Assembly (NCBI GenBank): GCA_010356995.1
Contig: ML996689.1
Coordinates: 1,382,691 to 1,446,690 of the forward strand
Source of the DNA: Trichodelitschia bisporula
Taxonomy: Eukaryota
Length of the DNA: 64,000 nt
Direction: 5' to 3'
Every line of letters starts with the position of its first letter. The first letter of the stretch is position 1. This document shows positions 61,972-64,000 of the stretch, one piece after another. The position numbers and the translations under genes were made by a program. Below the pieces are notes generated by a model. It saw only the letters and a program-made list of their open reading frames with translations. It did not search any database and was not told where the DNA came from.

Positions 61972-61981
61972 CTAAAAATAG
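61972..61981. promoter_or_regulatory. Rlm1/MEF2 box CTAAAAATAG upstream of rlmA
   Basis: Exact match to CTA(W)4TAG about 1.07 kb upstream of the rlmA ATG, just upstream of the CT-rich leader. A second MEF2-type site, TTAAAAATAG, lies at 60886-60895. Confidence 0.55.
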
Positions 61982-63049
61982 CCAAAGGCGGAAAGCCTTG
62001 GTGTGGCAGCGTAGCTTGGCATATGCAGTGCAGGGGTGGCTGGAGATGAGGATGGCGTGGTGGGCCCAGGCCTCAGTATCAACCGTGGTAGTTTCTCTCC
62101 CGGCCGCTGTGTACTGTAGTGAGGCGAGTGAGGAAAAGGCAGAGGGCGAGGGAGCGAGATGGCGAGAGGTGTAAGAAGAGGAGGCCTGTCAAAACGTGTT
62201 GCCATGTGAGAGACGCATTTTGGTCCGAACCCTCTCTACTCTCTATCAACACTCTCGCTCATTTCTCACTCTTTCCATATCCCTACAGAGTAGCACTAAG
62301 GCTCTCCACTCTCCCTCCCTCTATCTGCCCTTTTCACCCTCTCCCCGCTCTTCATGGGCCATTAAAATCCTTCTCCTAGTTCTCTGTCCACCCGCTTCAC
62401 ATTCATATTCATCACCCTCTTCATCCAACCATCTTCTTCCGCTCTCTCATAAACCCTAGTCTACAGATGCCCCAAATCTCTTGCGCCAACAAACCCGCTG
62501 AGCCCATCCCGTAGGCCGAACTGTATCCCTCCAACGCCCAGTAAGTGGGCCTGTTCGCCGCCGCCGCCCGCCCACCCGTCGTCTCCCCCCCCCCTCCACT
62601 CTGATCTCTCGCATGCTTTTCCCACCCGCTCTCCTTCCGCTGGCCTCGAAGCTGGTTTTATTAATAGCAACCCTTACCCAGCCCAGCCCTTTCCACAATC
62701 CACCACACTCCTGCACGTAGTTTCCGTACTTTCTTCCGTCGGTATAGACCTCACACACAGAGCCGCCTCACGTCACATACCCGGGATAATACCCCAACGT
62801 AGAGAAGAGAGGCAGCTGCGGTTCTGCTGTCCAAGCTCTGCTTTTATCTACACATACCCTCCCTTTTTGCAATCCCCGAACGCGCTTGTCTTGCGTCGCT
62901 TGTCACAGGCCCACCAGCAACATCACCGCCTCTCTCCCCTCCACGGACCATCGCACCCCTCCGTTTATCCTTCGGCCTTACTGTCTTGCACTTCCGCCAT
63001 CGCTAGGACACTGTCGCGCATGCGCATTTCACACCGGTGAACTGTCATC

Positions 63050-63950
63050 ATGGGCCGACGGAAGATTGAGATCAAGGCCATCAAGGACGACCGTAATCGT
63101 TCAGTGTAAGTTTCCAACCTGACGTGGCATCGCGCGCGCGCGATGTGGGACGAACACTCTCTGATCTCTTTTCTTTTGCCAATAGAACTTTCCTCAAGCG
63201 CAAAGGCGGTCTCTTCAAAAAGGCGCATGAGTTGTCCGTACTCTGCTCTGTTGACGTTGCTGTCATCATTTTCGGCCACAACAAGAAGCTGTATGAGTTT
63301 TCGTCTGGAGATATTAATGAGACTCTGGGGCGGTATTCATATGTATGTCAGGTCAGTGTTCTGGACATCGTGAGTGCAGCGTGCTGATGGAAGAATAGTA
63401 TGGCGTTCCCCACGAGCACAAAGGCCCGGAGGATTTCATGGGAAAGAAGGAGGCCGACGATGAGGACGACGACGATGACGCGCCGCTACGGGATGTGTCG
63501 GGCTCTCCTCCAAAGGAAGCACCGATGATACCCCGCCATCTGCAAAATCCAGCATTCCAGACCATGGGCACACCTTCGGCCTCTCCCCCAACCCAGAATG
63601 GCACTTTCCACCACCGCCCTTCTCCGCAGCCACAGCACATCTCGCGCCCGGGATCAAGGGCACATATGCGGATGCCGAGCTCAAATCTAGTCCCCCAGCA
63701 CTCCTCTACCCATCTCCAAGTTTCTCAGCCGCAGCCGTCTTCACAACCGAGCTACGCCTACATCCCGAATCCGCCCATTTACAACCCACAAGCTGCAGCC
63801 GGCATGCAAATGAGGCCGCAGCCAGGCCCGCCCCATCCTGGACAGCCGCAACCACCGCAGTTTATGTTCACGCAACCCCACCATCCGCAGCATCATCCGC
63901 AGCACCCGCAAGTCCCCCGACCTCCGCACATTGCGCAGCAGCAACATCAG

Positions 63951-63988
<38 letters not shown>

Positions 63989-64000
63989 TCAACAGCAGCA
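63050..64000 (+). CDS. rlmA: MEF2-type MADS-box transcription factor RlmA/Rlm1 (runs off the right edge)
   Basis: [61 protein letters not shown]. Introns 63106-63185 and 63343-63398, then a Pro/Gln-rich region. Confidence 0.93.
63936..64000 (+). repeat. CAG/CAA/CAT coding microsatellite (polyQ) in rlmA
   Basis: CAGCAGCAACATCAGCAACAACAGCAGCAACAG... in the rlmA frame, continuing to the window edge. Confidence 0.9.

Overview
Intron-containing eukaryotic DNA from a filamentous ascomycete (Pezizomycotina; the class cannot be fixed from sequence alone). Most introns are short (about 41-60 nt, GT..CTRAC..YAG). About 21 protein genes were reconstructed by hand-splicing: a probable VPS8 5' end, a DUF3752 protein, a kinase-like orphan, a Mid2-like Ser/Thr-rich membrane protein, an SDR, MTG2/Obg GTPase, UBC12, a secreted amidase, a small acidic hypothetical protein, a TauD sulfonate dioxygenase, ISW2, RPS19, TFIIS, EAF6, an MtfA-like C2H2 factor in a gene-poor tract, DIP2/UTP12, ARPC2, ALG12, GET3, a class-3 lipase, MSB1/DUF1708 and the 5' part of the MADS factor RlmA. 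The most unusual part is an island at about 4.3-6.85 kb. It has no intact gene but carries 40-60 nt sense-oriented snippets of three unrelated conserved enzymes (carbamoyl-phosphate synthetase, RNA-dependent RNA polymerase, AAA+ ATPase), interleaved with a decayed repeat/CCCH-finger coding relic. Other points of interest are an apparent GT-TG intron in ALG12, a GC-AG intron in UBC12, a structured RPS19 intron that encloses its branch point, and Rlm1/MEF2 boxes in the divergent MSB1-rlmA interval. Family assignments come from recalled motifs, not database searches. No tRNA, rRNA, CRISPR or recognisable transposase/RT was found.
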